Origin: Planctomycetota bacterium
GTDB taxonomy: Bacteria; Planctomycetota; UBA8108; SXIK01
Direction: 5' to 3'
Assembly: GCA_965223265.1 (NCBI GenBank)
Contig: OZ244999.1
Location: 6,016,001 to 6,080,000 of the forward strand
DNA: 64,000 nucleotides
In this document: piece by piece, positions 62,793-64,000 of the stretch
Position numbering within the stretch: the first letter of the stretch is position 1
Layout: every line of letters begins with the position of its first letter
Made by a program: the position numbers and the translations under genes
The notes under the pieces: model-generated
Databases searched by the model: none
Told to the model about the DNA's origin: nothing
The model's input: only the letters and a program-made list of their open reading frames with translations

Positions 62793-63557
62793 ATGACGAA
62801 AAAGATTGCGATTATCGTTCAATGCACCGGGGCGTATCTTGGTCTTATTCCCGCCTTGACACGAAGTATTGACAGGTATTTGGTACCAGGTGCGTCTAAA
62901 ATCATTCTAGCGTTCAACGAAACAACGGATAACCTGAAAGAGGAGAGTTTGGAGCAGTCCGTTGTCGTGTTTAGGGCAGTCCGAGCGTCTATATCGATTG
63001 AAAGTTCTCTGTGTCTCTTCGGACTCATTCGAGAAGCGCGGAAGGAGATTCTGGATTTCGAGTTCTGCCTGGTCCTTGATGCTGACATGTTAGTGGTTCG
63101 GACCATTTCTTTCGCAGACATCTTTCCTGGCGAGTCGCAAGAACTGGTCGGGGTTCAACATTTTGGCTACCGGACGCAAAACGATTGGCAGCCGTCGGAG
63201 CGTTGTTCAGCATTCGTTCCCAAGTTAGAACGTGGTCCTACCTACTGGCAGGGTTGTCTCTTCGGGGGAAGAGTCGATGCCGTGCTGAAAATGGCCGATG
63301 AACTGGACGAGATGATATCGGTGGATTCTTCCGCAGGAACTACGGAGGGTGCTTGGGAAGAACCCTATTTGAATTGGTATTTCAATCAACGTTCGAATCT
63401 GGTGAAGACACTGTCGTGTTCGTTTGCTGCGCCTTATGCCTTTTCACGTACGATTAGCTCGATGAGGCGGACCTACGAAGAACTTGCGAGAGGCGAGGCT
63501 CCGAGGATCATTCACTACAATGCGCAGACTTGCGGTGTGCCGCTCGGGGACCAGTAA
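62793..63557 (+). CDS. Glycosyltransferase family 6-like protein
   Basis: TGAY, LDADM, LVGVQHFG, ER.SAFVP, YWQGCLFGG, WEEPYLNWYF match the GT6 pattern (YY.GGFFGG, DESHLN.YF). Confidence 0.8.
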   Translation: MTKKIAIIVQCTGAYLGLIPALTRSIDRYLVPGASKIILAFNETTDNLKEESLEQSVVVFRAVRASISIESSLCLFGLIREARKEILDFEFCLVLDADMLVVRTISFADIFPGESQELVGVQHFGYRTQNDWQPSERCSAFVPKLERGPTYWQGCLFGGRVDAVLKMADELDEMISVDSSAGTTEGAWEEPYLNWYFNQRSNLVKTLSCSFAAPYAFSRTISSMRRTYEELARGEAPRIIHYNAQTCGVPLGDQ

Positions 63558-63572
63558 GCGTCGAAAGTCTGC

Positions 63573-64000
63573 TCAGGGCGGGCGGGTGGGGGGCGATGCG
63601 CCGCTTCGGAGTTTTTCTGCTTCAGCCTCAAGGTAGTTCGACCATCGAGAGCGGAACAGAGAAAAGTTATCCCGCTCGTACTCACCTCCTCGTGCGCGAG
63701 TTCCGCACTCGTCATGCTGAACCACGGCCTCCATGTTGCACAGAATCCGGGATTCGGAGGATTTCGCGCGCAGGCAAAAATCGATGTCCTCAAAACCGTA
63801 CCAGTAGCATTCATCCAGTCCGTTCAGCCCATCCCAGAGAGAGCGTCGAATCAGAGCGCATGCGAAGGTGACCGCATCCACCTCTTGAGGCGGAAGTCCT
63901 TGATAAAGAAGTGCTTGGTGGCCTCTCCCGAGGTGGTCGAGACGGGGCAGTACTCTGACGCCGGCGTGATTCACAGTTCCGTCACTTTGGAGCGCGAGGA
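63573..64000 (-). CDS. Glycosyltransferase family 2, C-terminal part (starts outside window)
   Basis: DGTVNHAG, AVTFACALIRR, GLDE.Y..GFEDIDFCLRA, VQHDE; frame open to the window edge. Confidence 0.85.
   Translation of the reverse strand, partial: LALQSDGTVNHAGVRVLPRLDHLGRGHQALLYQGLPPQEVDAVTFACALIRRSLWDGLNGLDECYWYGFEDIDFCLRAKSSESRILCNMEAVVQHDECGTRARGGEYERDNFSLFRSRWSNYLEAEAEKLRSGASPPTRPP

Noticed and set aside
1-64000. CRISPR array or cas genes
   Set aside because: No regularly spaced repeats or Cas motifs seen.

Overview
GC-rich bacterial DNA, probably from a planctomycete (inferred from ECF sigma/Ser-Thr kinase-WD40 pairs, an ECF fused to a membrane-anchored repeat region, Cys-containing dockerin-like 'RGDxNxDG' modules and a DUF1580-like protein). 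1-46 kb holds signalling and surface genes: four intact ECF sigma factors plus one remnant, two STK-WD40 kinases, three large dockerin-bearing secreted proteins (two share a core with a divergent Cys-rich helical domain), a sulfatase, an SGNH hydrolase, a tandem pair of RlaP/YcgL-like nucleotidyltransferases and several pseudogenes. At 51815-51862 a 3' half of tRNA-Pro(TGG) acts as an att site between two divergent tyrosine integrases, i.e. two tandem integrated elements. The left, decaying element has a frameshifted integrase, a DUF1580 protein, a UPF0175/DUF3368 pair with truncated toxin, a large branched hairpin, a putative phage annealing protein, a small RHH gene missed by the ORF track, and possibly a broken DUF927 helicase at 34-35.7 kb. 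The right element is lower in GC, contains IS256, IS5/ISNCY-like and ISL3 insertions (ends and target duplications read for two), and carries glycan-modifying genes including a DxD-type GT6. No CRISPR array, rRNA or intact tRNA was seen. All family calls come from motif recognition, not database searches.
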